A DNA stretch of 46,102 nt from a virus. Lineage: Duplodnaviria; Caudoviricetes. Both the position numbers and the translations under genes were made by a program. Under the pieces are notes generated by a model. The model worked only from the letters and a program-made list of their open reading frames with translations. It did not search any database and was not told the DNA's origin. This document shows positions 25,954 through 36,368 of this stretch, in pieces. Where the stretch lies: positions 1 to 46,102 of IMG/VR virus record IMGVR_UViG_3300033475_000049; one strand, given 5' to 3'. Every line of letters begins with the position of its first letter. The first letter of the stretch is position 1.

Positions 25954-27156
25954 TCATAGACTAGATGCAATTTGATCTAAAGACGTTTTTAATGTGGTAG
26001 CATTGTTTGCAATCAAATCTGCTTCAGTTGCTGCAGACTTGATTGTCGAAACGATGGTTGACACATTAGAAAATGCTGCTAATTGTTTTTCTAATGTTAC
26101 AATTTGATTTTGTAAACTTGTAATCTGACTTTGTAAATCACTCCTTTCTTTATAAAGTGCAATGTATTCCTGCCCTATCCACATCTCATAGACGTTTGTT
26201 TTTGGCGTCCATCCCAGTACCGTTTTACGAAAAGGCTGAACTGTTCCTGATCCTAGAGAAGGATTTCCCAGTTCAACAGGATTGAGTCCCACTGCACTTG
26301 AAAGTGGATAATTATTAGGATCCCAATTGTTATTAAGAATCCATTGACAAAACCCATCAGTAACTGTAAGATTATTTGGAGCAGTGAGTTTTTTATTTAC
26401 AGAATCGTACGTCCAACCTTTTGGAATAACCAATTGTGCCTCCTCATACGCTGTTACAATTTGTCTCACAAGCGGTGAATATATAGAAGAAATCGCCGAT
26501 TGATATTCCCACATTGCAAGAACAGTGCTACTTGCCGATGTAACGATGTTAGAAATGTTATTCGCACCAAAATCTGTTCCAAGATTGATCACAGGGTACG
26601 AGACGACATGATATTTAGGAAATTGATTAATGTATAGACTATAAAGCGAATCAGAATATGTTTGTGCTAACCAGAAATTTGTACAAGGTGCTAATGCAGG
26701 AATTACTTTTTGCCAGTTTTGATAATCAGGATCAGCCCATGTAACGACACCGAACAAACCTGAGATTGGTTTTAGTGATGATGTTATCTGATTTGCCCAT
26801 GCGATCTGACCATTGAACTCTACTTCAAGATCAGCGATCACGATGTGATACTTCATCATAAGCGTAATCAGAATGTTTATTTCTGATGTCAGACTGCCAA
26901 ATTTGTTGCCATAATTGTACATATACGGTACTGCATTTATACCTTGATCTTTTATTGCTGATATCACAGCAGAATAACTTCCAATACCGCTATACCAGAT
27001 GTTCACTCCGTCTGCAACTTTGACAAGAAGAGAAGTGACACCAAGATTTTTTGCATTGATCGCAGCCTGCTTAAATTGTGCTATCGACCAATTTTCAGTT
27101 TCTACACCTAAAAACAGCGGTAAATTTCCAAGGTATGACAACTCTTCTTGTGCCAT
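25954..27156 (-). CDS. putative endolysin (GH25-like TIM barrel + cell-binding domain + coiled coil)
   Basis: VKVADG, PYMY.YG, ADLEVE acidic motif; C-terminal LQSQITSLQNQI coil; next to holin. Confidence 0.7.
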   Translation of the reverse strand: MAQEELSYLGNLPLFLGVETENWSIAQFKQAAINAKNLGVTSLLVKVADGVNIWYSGIGSYSAVISAIKDQGINAVPYMYNYGNKFGSLTSEINILITLMMKYHIVIADLEVEFNGQIAWANQITSSLKPISGLFGVVTWADPDYQNWQKVIPALAPCTNFWLAQTYSDSLYSLYINQFPKYHVVSYPVINLGTDFGANNISNIVTSASSTVLAMWEYQSAISSIYSPLVRQIVTAYEEAQLVIPKGWTYDSVNKKLTAPNNLTVTDGFCQWILNNNWDPNNYPLSSAVGLNPVELGNPSLGSGTVQPFRKTVLGWTPKTNVYEMWIGQEYIALYKERSDLQSQITSLQNQIVTLEKQLAAFSNVSTIVSTIKSAATEADLIANNATTLKTSLDQIASSL

Positions 27157-27169
27157 GTTTTACTCCATG

Positions 27170-27946
27170 TTACTGAACTTTTCGAATTGTCCAGAAATCG
27201 CTTGCCAAATCAGAGCTCAGGATATATGCATATGGCAACGTAAAGTAACCCTGAATTCCCCATGATGTTCCCCAAGAATTTCTGCAGATGAATCTCTGAG
27301 AAGCATCATCATATCCAACTGCAACAACGCAGTGACCGCCAAGAATCGACTCATCAGTACCTGGCATAGGAGCATTGCCAGTTTGAGCTACTTCTTCGCT
27401 CTCAAAGCTCTCATAGACAGTAAAACCAAACACGACAGGGTATCCAGATGCCAAGCATGATTTCAACTGAGCAGCACTCTGCGTTACTTTTGCATAACTG
27501 ATTGCTTTATGATTAACAGCATCAGTATAACATTTTGCAGAAGGTTTCATTGTAAATTTGTTAATATCATATGGCCATTCAACTTCATCACATGCACCTT
27601 GACGCGCGACAGATTTAATTCCATCACGTACCTCGGCTCCAGAATCGTAATCAACACTTCCTTCCATATCCCTTTCATTGTAGTAGATGAATAATCGAGA
27701 AGGGACAAATGGTTTTTCTCCCTGAAGCATCTGATCAAATTCGAGTGCACCAGCAATGCCATTTGCTGTGCAAGAACCAAGTGCGCCCTGATCATAAACA
27801 GGCGGACATTTTGATCGCAAGTCGACACTTTTAGGCAAATTTTTTGTGATATGTAAAGGTGCAGAATATAAGAGGTCTCTGTGATCTGGCTTACTAGGAC
27901 GCCATCCATATTTATACTTTGCCATAGTTTTTGAAAATCCCTTCAT
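27170..27946 (-). CDS. papain-like C1A cysteine peptidase
   Basis: LPKSVDLR, DQGALGSCTA (Cys), SRLFIYY, GGHCV (His), RNSWG..WG..GY (Asn). Confidence 0.93.
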   Translation of the reverse strand: MKGFSKTMAKYKYGWRPSKPDHRDLLYSAPLHITKNLPKSVDLRSKCPPVYDQGALGSCTANGIAGALEFDQMLQGEKPFVPSRLFIYYNERDMEGSVDYDSGAEVRDGIKSVARQGACDEVEWPYDINKFTMKPSAKCYTDAVNHKAISYAKVTQSAAQLKSCLASGYPVVFGFTVYESFESEEVAQTGNAPMPGTDESILGGHCVVAVGYDDASQRFICRNSWGTSWGIQGYFTLPYAYILSSDLASDFWTIRKVQ

Positions 27947-28011
27947 AATTGATACTATTCATAATCGTGAATATATAAAAGAAGTATGTGTATACCTGAG
28001 CATCACCTCCT

Positions 28012-31000
28012 TTACTTGAGTAATAGTCCACTTGCGACCAATTTTGCCCAACTGCTCAATTTTGGCAGTTCACTTGCTGTTACTTTATACCACCACACTT
28101 GTGTATCATTAAGACCCTTTTTGAGAGTGATTTCTATCTGGGTAATCTCAAACTGACCATCCCAGATGCCGTGTTCAGGTAAAAATATTGTTAAATTCTG
28201 ACCAAGTGCTAATCCATTTCTTGTTGTATCGAATATAAGTGTTCTTCCTGCAATTGCATATCGTTCAAGTAATTGATTTGCCAACGTCACAGCAGCCTCT
28301 CTTGTCATATTTTCACCGCTATGATCTTCTACAGCTTCAACGATACCTGTTCCACCTTCAATTGCAGCCCTTGAATTCTGTTCTACCTCATTATCGACAA
28401 TAACAGTGACTTCAAAATAGCCGCTGTAGAAGATTTCGAGCTGATCACCATCTTCAAGAGCTTGTAAACTGCTATCTTGAACTATGACCGGATCATTTAA
28501 TGCATAGTAAAAATCGAAACCGGTCATACCTTTGAGCCCAACACTAGTGTTTTCTGTTCCATTTAGAATAATGATTGGAGTACCGGCAAGAGGATATCCA
28601 AGTGTAAATGTTCGTGTGTTACCATCTCCTTTTTGTGTTTCAAAAAATGCTCCCGTTTCAAGTGCACCTAAAATGATCTGCCGATTTCTGTAAAGATCAT
28701 TTTCGACATCTAACTCAAAATTGCTTGTAATCTCAAGATCAACAGAAGGGACTAACCCATCAGGCGCACTTTGAAGTATCCACGGTGATACAACGCTATC
28801 AGAAGCTCTAAAGATTGTTTCCTTTGTTTCACTATTAAAATACCATGAATAGTTTGATTGTTTTGCAAGATCGTCAAAATTTGCACTGACAAATGTTGCA
28901 TTATATGTGACAGCAGGAATAGAGACACCAATACCAATACTCGGAGAGAGTGCATTGACAGTAATATCTTCAACTTGCGGTGTCTCAGTAGGATCAGTTG
29001 TCGCAAGACGTAATCGTGTATACACAAATTGGCTCGTGACAATATCACCAGATGGTGTTCCTGCAACATTATCACCTAATGGCGTCATTCTTAATTGATA
29101 GAATCGACTTCCAGTATCTCCACCATTTGTATAAAGTCCCATATATCCAGATGAAAGAGGAGCAGAATCAACACATGAGAATAGTTGATTATCATCAACA
29201 AAAACAGTGATAGTATCATCAGCCATTATTACTCTGAATCTTCTGAATGTTCCTCTTGTGAATTTTACTGTGTAACTGCTTCCTGTCGATGTTCCGACAT
29301 CATATGCGATTACTTCACTACCTAGTGAAGTTTTAGTGTTTCCAGAAACTTTATAAACAGTCGCTGTATTTTTTGTGCCATTACTTGTTAATGTATCACT
29401 AACGAGCAGATAGTAAAAATTAGAATTGTCGATATATCTCCATATAATTCCGCCCGAATCAGCGCGGTCTAAATCAGAGGACATATCGATATCATCATGA
29501 AAGATTTCTTGATAAACATACACTGCATCTGATCCACCTGTTGCTATTAGTCGACTATAGTTTGTATCATAGCTCCATACCGCATCACTTCCACCAGTTT
29601 TAAATGTTTGAATATAATTATCACTTGTGATTGTATCAAAGCCATCGAACGTTGGATTCGGTTGAGAGAATATTCCAGGAATGCTTTCACCGCTATTATT
29701 TGTAACGTCAGTCCAGTTGACACCATCAAGTGAAATATCTACACCTAATGTTGTATTCGAAGGAACAAGTGCATTATATGAGATACTCGTTGCACCAACT
29801 CTTGGCGTTACAGTAGAGAGATTCATACTTGGATCAGGATACTTTGTAACACGGAAGCTATCGAAGCTGGCTGTTCCTGTGCCATTTGCAGAGAGAGCAA
29901 ATCCACCACTGAGTATTTCTATACTCAAAGATGCGGTAACTGGAATCGCTCTACTGATCGTCGATAAGAGCGCTGCATTAGCCCCGATAAAATGTTCAGA
30001 ATGGAATGTTAGTGATGCATTTGCCGGAATCACTTTACTAAGTTTTGATAAGAGCGCTCCAGTCGTGGGAACATTTCGCAGATTCGTGCTAGAAAGTGCA
30101 ACATTTGCTGGAATTGATTGGTTTCTTGTTAACAATAATGCCGCTATTGATGAAATTGAACGATTGATTTGTGTTCTTAAGAGTGCAGCTACTGACTGTA
30201 TATCTCTTTCTCGAGTTCCTAATAATGCTGCTGTTGCAGGAACACTTCTATCGACAGGTTGACTGAAAATAGCAGTCGTGCTAATTGATCTGTTGAATGT
30301 ATTTCCGATCGACGCTTTAGCGGTAATATTCCTAGCAGTTGTTGCCAATAATGCTGCTGACAAAGCAATCGATTTATTATTCGTTGACTGAAGAGCTGCT
30401 GCTCCTGAAATTGCTCTTGTATTTGTCGATAGAAGTGCAGAGCTAGCAGTAATCGAGCGAGAATTTGTGATAGCAACAATTGGCATGAATGTGACGACAC
30501 ATCCTGCCCAAAATTGTGCGCTTGATATTGTGTACTGACACGATGCTGTTCCTATACTTGTTGTTACTCTCGACAACATTGTCATCGTGTTATTTGCTGC
30601 AAGTGTAGACTCTAGATCACTCGTCCAACCAGTCGTAACAGCGTTTTCAGTTTGAGCACTGTTTTTATATGCTAATGAGGCAATCCATAACTCATTAGCT
30701 TGCACAGTCGTCGCTGTTGTACCAGAAGTAATTGTTGTTGATGTTATTGGCGTCGCAGCAGTATCACCAATCGCTGATTGATCAACAGGATTTGTTGGCC
30801 AACCGTGTGTTGCATTCCATTCTTCAATACAGGCATAAGCACTATGGGAAGCATTTAGCGTCCATGTCCAAGATGTTTGACCTGCTTGGCCCGCACCAAC
30901 AACAAGATACCAAATACTAGTTTGTATCGTTGCACTTGCACCAGCAGGTTGATTAACTCTTACTTGTGTCCATCCTGTTGGACCAGTAACAGTTGTATTA

Positions 31001-31707
31001 TTGCTTCCTACAGCGATTGACGCAACGACAAGATTATTTTGCGAAATGCCACTAGGAAGTGTTATTGTCTGACTTGTTACTGTTGTTGTTGAATTAGTTT
31101 CATTGCTTTGAATTTTTATGATTGCAAATGGTGGAGGACCACCGCCACCGCCGCTGAAAGTACTCGTTGTAATTTGAACATCATTAATGACACCAGCAGT
31201 ACTAGAACTCGCAGTATAAATAACAGGATTGTCATTAGTAATATTAGAGTTGCTGTCAAACCAAAATAAATCGACGTAGATACCATCATTGGCTCCGAGA
31301 GTGACACTACTCATCGCAGTTGGAGCATAAGAATATGTTGTTTTTGCTGTCGTTGTCGTTGTAGCGGTAATAGATCCTATTGCGGTGTACACGCCGCCAG
31401 AATATTTAAAGAAACGAACGACTGTGTTAATGCCTTTAATTGCAGATGATAATGTGATCGAGGCAGACCAGTTTCCTGTTGCATATGTACCTGCGCCAGG
31501 CCAAAAAATCCACCCCTTTCCAGTCGGAGCAGGAAGTGAAGCAAATGGTGTTCCTGTTCCACCTCTTGGAAGAATTTCTCCATATTGACTGGAAGTCGAT
31601 GAAAATGTTGTTGTTGCAGACGTCTCAGTACCGCCTGTCGTTATGGTCATTTGACAGGCGGTAACTAATAACGAATCTAAAACTGATGTCCCATATAATG
31701 TAGGCAC
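28012..31707 (-). CDS. large tail-tip protein: beta-rich N-domains, 14-aa repeats, lectin-like domain, C-terminal half of hub (Tal/gp27-like) fold
   Basis: Thr/Ser-rich; C-terminal FDDLAK..YSWY, YRNRQ, G.G.VE.VED, GL.LGQ.L.I; position after tape measure. Confidence 0.75.
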   Translation of the reverse strand: MPTLYGTSVLDSLLVTACQMTITTGGTETSATTTFSSTSSQYGEILPRGGTGTPFASLPAPTGKGWIFWPGAGTYATGNWSASITLSSAIKGINTVVRFFKYSGGVYTAIGSITATTTTTAKTTYSYAPTAMSSVTLGANDGIYVDLFWFDSNSNITNDNPVIYTASSSTAGVINDVQITTSTFSGGGGGPPPFAIIKIQSNETNSTTTVTSQTITLPSGISQNNLVVASIAVGSNNTTVTGPTGWTQVRVNQPAGASATIQTSIWYLVVGAGQAGQTSWTWTLNASHSAYACIEEWNATHGWPTNPVDQSAIGDTAATPITSTTITSGTTATTVQANELWIASLAYKNSAQTENAVTTGWTSDLESTLAANNTMTMLSRVTTSIGTASCQYTISSAQFWAGCVVTFMPIVAITNSRSITASSALLSTNTRAISGAAALQSTNNKSIALSAALLATTARNITAKASIGNTFNRSISTTAIFSQPVDRSVPATAALLGTRERDIQSVAALLRTQINRSISSIAALLLTRNQSIPANVALSSTNLRNVPTTGALLSKLSKVIPANASLTFHSEHFIGANAALLSTISRAIPVTASLSIEILSGGFALSANGTGTASFDSFRVTKYPDPSMNLSTVTPRVGATSISYNALVPSNTTLGVDISLDGVNWTDVTNNSGESIPGIFSQPNPTFDGFDTITSDNYIQTFKTGGSDAVWSYDTNYSRLIATGGSDAVYVYQEIFHDDIDMSSDLDRADSGGIIWRYIDNSNFYYLLVSDTLTSNGTKNTATVYKVSGNTKTSLGSEVIAYDVGTSTGSSYTVKFTRGTFRRFRVIMADDTITVFVDDNQLFSCVDSAPLSSGYMGLYTNGGDTGSRFYQLRMTPLGDNVAGTPSGDIVTSQFVYTRLRLATTDPTETPQVEDITVNALSPSIGIGVSIPAVTYNATFVSANFDDLAKQSNYSWYFNSETKETIFRASDSVVSPWILQSAPDGLVPSVDLEITSNFELDVENDLYRNRQIILGALETGAFFETQKGDGNTRTFTLGYPLAGTPIIILNGTENTSVGLKGMTGFDFYYALNDPVIVQDSSLQALEDGDQLEIFYSGYFEVTVIVDNEVEQNSRAAIEGGTGIVEAVEDHSGENMTREAAVTLANQLLERYAIAGRTLIFDTTRNGLALGQNLTIFLPEHGIWDGQFEITQIEITLKKGLNDTQVWWYKVTASELPKLSSWAKLVASGLLLK
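29921..30468 (-). repeat. ~13 tandem 14-residue protein repeats (T..R.I...AALLS)
   Basis: TNSRSITASSALLS/TNTRAISGAAALQS/TNNKSIALSAALLA... visible in translation. Confidence 0.85.
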
Positions 31708-31737
31708 TCTTTTAAAGCCTTCGTTTAGAGAAAGTTA

Positions 31738-32040
31738 TTATAAAATGCCAAGAACAGCAGTACAATCAAAGAGCATATCATCAGCAACTGCCGGCATCGT
31801 TCCAGATGCAAAAGAGTAGGCACGATTTAAGTCTGCAATAAATGCAAGAATTATATTTTGATTATCAGTAGAAATTCCTACAGCATTCATAGCATCTACA
31901 GTTAAATTTTGATTATAACTTTTACAGCGTTGTTCAAGCCATAGAATTGTATTTCGCCATTGTTGTGCATCACTTTGAAGCATTAATTGAATATTTTGGT
32001 CGCTCATAGGAATAAAGGTCATGCGGTTTCTTCCTTTCAA
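31738..32040 (-). CDS. small tail-associated protein
   Basis: 100 aa (likely start at MTFIP), within tail module. Confidence 0.65.
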   Translation of the reverse strand: MKGRNRMTFIPMSDQNIQLMLQSDAQQWRNTILWLEQRCKSYNQNLTVDAMNAVGISTDNQNIILAFIADLNRAYSFASGTMPAVADDMLFDCTAVLGIL

Positions 32041-32393
32041 ACTGTTTGTAAATCGTCACTTAGTATTGTTGATCCATCGCTAAAAACAAAGAGGTACACT
32101 GCCGTGTTTTCTTTTTTCCAACCAATACAATGTGCAGTTAGCAGATTTTCTACTTTTTCAGGCGCAAATGCAATTTGCGTTCTCCTGAAAAATATTGGCT
32201 CTGCTCCCTCAGGAATATTCACAAAATGCGTCTGGAGGCCTATTTCCATTGGATCAAGTCTAAGATGTTTAACATCTTTAATATCAATATCTGAAAATTT
32301 CCTTTTGCCAGCACAATCATATTCGTTGAAAAAATTGCCATTTTTGTAAATTATTGTCCATGAATATGAATTAGTAATATATTCTACTGTCAT
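32037..32393 (-). CDS. small tail-associated protein
   Basis: 118 aa, IFFRR...CIGW motif, within tail module. Confidence 0.7.
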   Translation of the reverse strand: MTVEYITNSYSWTIIYKNGNFFNEYDCAGKRKFSDIDIKDVKHLRLDPMEIGLQTHFVNIPEGAEPIFFRRTQIAFAPEKVENLLTAHCIGWKKENTAVYLFVFSDGSTILSDDLQTV

Positions 32394-32401
32394 GTTCTCA
32401 C

Positions 32402-32923
32402 CTATGCTTCGTCATAAGATAATATGATGGTCGGAAGAGAAGTTGCACTTCCTGCACCGCCTGTGTATGTATTATCGATACTAAGAACACACACAACCAT
32501 GCTTCCATTTGGTCCCGTACTTGCAGTTGATACTGTCGTGTTATCGTATTGTGATGCTGTAGTAGTCATGAGTGTATATCCAGAAGGTACAGCTCCATTT
32601 GAACCACTCGATGCTGGTCTATTGCCACTAGATGCTTGAGCATATGACGCAACAGCAACAGCTTTCCAGTAAAGTGCAAGGCCTGTTACAGCACTAGCTG
32701 ACATTTTTACAGTTCTATTTGATATTGACGTGGTTCCTACAACTGTTACTGCAATTACAAGATTTTTAATCCATGAAAAATTAGTTCCCGTGGTATTTGG
32801 AATAGCGACCGGCGTCACGGCAGTTTGGCTATCAGCAAGATTGAATGTAATTCCTGTTTCTGCATTTGCCCATGTGACAGCCGCTCCTGTTCCTATTTGC
32901 CCCTGGCATGTCGCAGCGCTCAT
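32402..32923 (-). CDS. tail-associated beta-sandwich protein
   Basis: 173 aa Thr/Ala/Gly-rich, ends SYDEA. Confidence 0.72.
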   Translation of the reverse strand: MSAATCQGQIGTGAAVTWANAETGITFNLADSQTAVTPVAIPNTTGTNFSWIKNLVIAVTVVGTTSISNRTVKMSASAVTGLALYWKAVAVASYAQASSGNRPASSGSNGAVPSGYTLMTTTASQYDNTTVSTASTGPNGSMVVCVLSIDNTYTGGAGSATSLPTIILSYDEA

Positions 32924-32939
32924 TAGTGTATCCTTTCAT

Positions 32940-35900
32940 TTAATCGATGGCTTTAATTGTCCATAAATTGTTGTTCCATCTTTTTGTAGTTGGATCGATC
33001 GTATTTTCAAGATCACCATCACTCCACACATTGCCAAATAGCAATACTGGATTATATCCGACAATTCTGAATCGCATTCTATAAAGTGTATTAACATTTA
33101 GTGAAACATTTACAGATGCTAGTGTTAGTGTTGTTCCTGCTAATTTCTTGACGATACTCACAGTAGTTGAATTTACTCGCAACTGATAGAAATTGTTAGT
33201 ATCAACATATCTCAATGATATTCCTGCAAGAATCGTGCTAGTAGAGAGTGAGAATCGAACTGTTCCATCTTCATTTGTATCAGCAAGTGTACCAAGTTGC
33301 ATTGAAACGTCGCCAGCAGTATTTGAGATAAGCGCTTTATTACTGGTAATACTTGTTGTTCCTGTGCCAGATTTGACATATATTTGTGAATCAAATGCAG
33401 TTCCCCATCCATTTGCGACATTTCCTCTTATCATTGTGTCAATACAAAGAGGTGCTGTTGATCTTATTCCAGATGAACCTGGATATGCTCCACACACTCT
33501 TACGTATAAACCATCGATAATAGGACTATTTAAAAAGCTTGTTGCTGAAAGAATTACTTGTAAAATAAGTGTTTTGCCTACAGTACTTGTTCCTGGAGTT
33601 AATCCAGGAATAAATGCTCCAGGTGTAATACCACCATTTGTGCATTGCTGCCATGTTAATCCGTTGTTTAATGATGCCATGACAATTGCTGTTGCTTGAA
33701 TAGCACCTTGAGAATTTACTTCTGACCAAGAAATTTGTGTATTTCCGCACGTGCCAATGCTGTTCAAATTGATTGGTGGTGATGTCCAAATTCCAGCAAA
33801 TGTATTCGTTACACTGAAATTTGATATTCTATTTGTTGTTGCATCTGCTGTTTGAATATATGTTCTGACACCAATATTTCCTGGCTGAGTATATGTATTG
33901 TCAAGTACATCAATAATTGGTGTAGTACCATTATTCCAGTAGATAGTATGACGATTATCACCAACAACTAATTTTACATGATATGATGTGTTATTCGATA
34001 CAGTGAGATTCACTTTTGCGATCACAGTAATTGTCGCAGCAGCAGGACTACCGTCACCACTATCTGGAGGACTATTTTGTCCATAACAAAGTGAAACAGA
34101 AGTTCCTCCAGCAGTACCACCTGGATTTTGCATAATTCTCACATAGTATGCAAAACTATTATTTGGTGCTCCCCAATACGTTTGCCGATACACAAAGCCA
34201 ATTTCGTTTTGTATCGGGCTAGAACCACCATTAAGTGTGAAATCACCCTGTGCCGTGAAATTCTGCGCAGCTGAAATGAAATTGAATCGAGTTGAAGACC
34301 ATGACGTCGCATCACTGTCACCATCTGAGTGTATGACAAGTGCTCCACCTGATACTGATGGCACAGGATCATTAACATCTGCATCATCAGTATGCCCAGG
34401 AACAAACGTGATATTTGAAAGATTTGACCAAGAATATACTGTCGTTCCTAGTGCTAAATCACCTTCACTATTAGGTGCGACACCAAGAAGTGTTCCTGAG
34501 TTCCATGCAGTCGTTGAACCAAATAAAGACACTAAATCTGTTGTTGTTGCATGAGCCGCAGAAGTAATGGAGATATTTACTTGTAGTAATGCAGGAATTG
34601 CAGACGGATCCTGTCCGCCTGAAAATGTTTCTAAAATATAGAGTAATCCACCACTGACATTTGCACCAGCAGGCAATCCAGGAAGTGCCTGGTTATTCAC
34701 ACAAGGAAGCCAGGTTGTCCCATCATAACTTGCAAATATTGCCATAGTTGAAGCAACAGTCGCGACGCCAGGTGAATCTGGGACAACACTTGGGCCAATT
34801 GTTGGTAAAGCTGCTGTCCACGTAATTAATGAGTCCTTTACTAATTTTACAGAATCTATGTTATATGCAGGTGAGATGCGAAAACTGCTTGAAGGATCAT
34901 AGACAGAAACTGCTGTTACGATCGTTGCTGCTGTCACATATGCACCCACTGATGATAATACAGGCGGATTTACTTCAGGTGCTGTTTGTGTTGTTCCAAA
35001 GAATGGAGTTGTCGATTTACTTCCTAAAAAGCAGTTTTTAATGTAAATATCAAAAACGCCGGCGACGTTTGCGGCATTGAACATTGAAACGCCAACAATT
35101 GTCTTTCCTGCAAGAATAGAAAGATCTATTTGACGAGTATACCAACAGTCCTTTGCATAATCTTGAAGATCTTGGATAGGAGAAGCTGAAACACGATTTT
35201 GATCCCATAACCCAACGTCTGTATTTGTTCCTATTGAGCCGAGATATTCAGTCATAAATGTTCCATCACTGAGAAGAAGATCAATACCACCTTCTTGTGA
35301 TGGTGACGTTGATGAAATCCAAAGATCATAGTTTAACGTATCATGAGAAGCAATAACAAAACTCCCTGTCCATATGATTGCATCTACACGATTATCAGCT
35401 ACTGCTGCATCTACTGTTACAACGTCATAATGTTTATTATCGACTTTTACTTTACTTTTTGTCTTTGGTTGATATACTTTAGAAACTCTCGCACTCACGG
35501 AACCTGAAACTGGAAGAATAAGAGTATCAGAATAAGTACCAGAAACATTAACTGTTGTGAAACTACCGCTAAATGATGCAGATTCTCCAGGTGCACCACC
35601 AGAAATATATACATATCCACTTGGAGTAAAGTATCCACTTGAATTAACAGTGCCTGACGTTCCTCCTATTGCTGAACCACTCATACTTCCCGCGGCTGTT
35701 TGTTGTGCTTGTACAAATTCAGTTCCGTATGCAAATGAGAGTGTCGACTGCATTTTTAATGCATTAACTGTCGTTGGTAGAAGAGAACTTCCAACAATAT
35801 GTGTTTTTGTGAGCGTTCCAGAAGAAAAATCTCCTGCAGTATCTTCAACAATAGTTATGTCAGAACCGGCTGGCGATAACTCGAGATTACCATCAGTGAT

Positions 35901-36356
35901 GCTTAATTTTCCTACTACTCCATTTAATTCTCCGTTATTAAAATCATTTTGTGTGTTATCTGATTGTTGAGCATAATTTTTTGCAATTCCTTCTGCATCA
36001 AGAACATTTTGGAGTTGATCGACAACAAGTTTTCCTGCTAATTGCGGTGTATCATAAAGTTTGGTATATGTTCTTTTATCAGCAAGATACCTTAGATCAA
36101 TGCAATCGATTGTATGTAGAATTGCTCTCGATGGATATTGAGGAACTTCTTTATCATCATTAAGAAACCCATTAAAGACAATTCCTAGGTTAGGATCAGT
36201 AACAATAACACGCTCACCTTTTACAAAATGAGCTGTACCTGAGTAATCAATAACGTCACAACGAAGTCTTTGCCGCTCATCGACAGTATTCGTTTGATCA
36301 TACTGATCCTCGATCATTGTATATTCATTACCACCAATTGTTAGAATTGCGCTCAT
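32940..36356 (-). CDS. large tail-tip protein: N-terminal half of hub fold plus carbohydrate-binding-like domains
   Basis: directly after tape measure; N-terminal GERV.V....VFNG, CID..YLADKR, L.AEGI; two concanavalin/DUF1080-like domains. Confidence 0.75.
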   Translation of the reverse strand: MSAILTIGGNEYTMIEDQYDQTNTVDERQRLRCDVIDYSGTAHFVKGERVIVTDPNLGIVFNGFLNDDKEVPQYPSRAILHTIDCIDLRYLADKRTYTKLYDTPQLAGKLVVDQLQNVLDAEGIAKNYAQQSDNTQNDFNNGELNGVVGKLSITDGNLELSPAGSDITIVEDTAGDFSSGTLTKTHIVGSSLLPTTVNALKMQSTLSFAYGTEFVQAQQTAAGSMSGSAIGGTSGTVNSSGYFTPSGYVYISGGAPGESASFSGSFTTVNVSGTYSDTLILPVSGSVSARVSKVYQPKTKSKVKVDNKHYDVVTVDAAVADNRVDAIIWTGSFVIASHDTLNYDLWISSTSPSQEGGIDLLLSDGTFMTEYLGSIGTNTDVGLWDQNRVSASPIQDLQDYAKDCWYTRQIDLSILAGKTIVGVSMFNAANVAGVFDIYIKNCFLGSKSTTPFFGTTQTAPEVNPPVLSSVGAYVTAATIVTAVSVYDPSSSFRISPAYNIDSVKLVKDSLITWTAALPTIGPSVVPDSPGVATVASTMAIFASYDGTTWLPCVNNQALPGLPAGANVSGGLLYILETFSGGQDPSAIPALLQVNISITSAAHATTTDLVSLFGSTTAWNSGTLLGVAPNSEGDLALGTTVYSWSNLSNITFVPGHTDDADVNDPVPSVSGGALVIHSDGDSDATSWSSTRFNFISAAQNFTAQGDFTLNGGSSPIQNEIGFVYRQTYWGAPNNSFAYYVRIMQNPGGTAGGTSVSLCYGQNSPPDSGDGSPAAATITVIAKVNLTVSNNTSYHVKLVVGDNRHTIYWNNGTTPIIDVLDNTYTQPGNIGVRTYIQTADATTNRISNFSVTNTFAGIWTSPPINLNSIGTCGNTQISWSEVNSQGAIQATAIVMASLNNGLTWQQCTNGGITPGAFIPGLTPGTSTVGKTLILQVILSATSFLNSPIIDGLYVRVCGAYPGSSGIRSTAPLCIDTMIRGNVANGWGTAFDSQIYVKSGTGTTSITSNKALISNTAGDVSMQLGTLADTNEDGTVRFSLSTSTILAGISLRYVDTNNFYQLRVNSTTVSIVKKLAGTTLTLASVNVSLNVNTLYRMRFRIVGYNPVLLFGNVWSDGDLENTIDPTTKRWNNNLWTIKAID

Positions 36357-36368
36357 ATGATATTTTCC

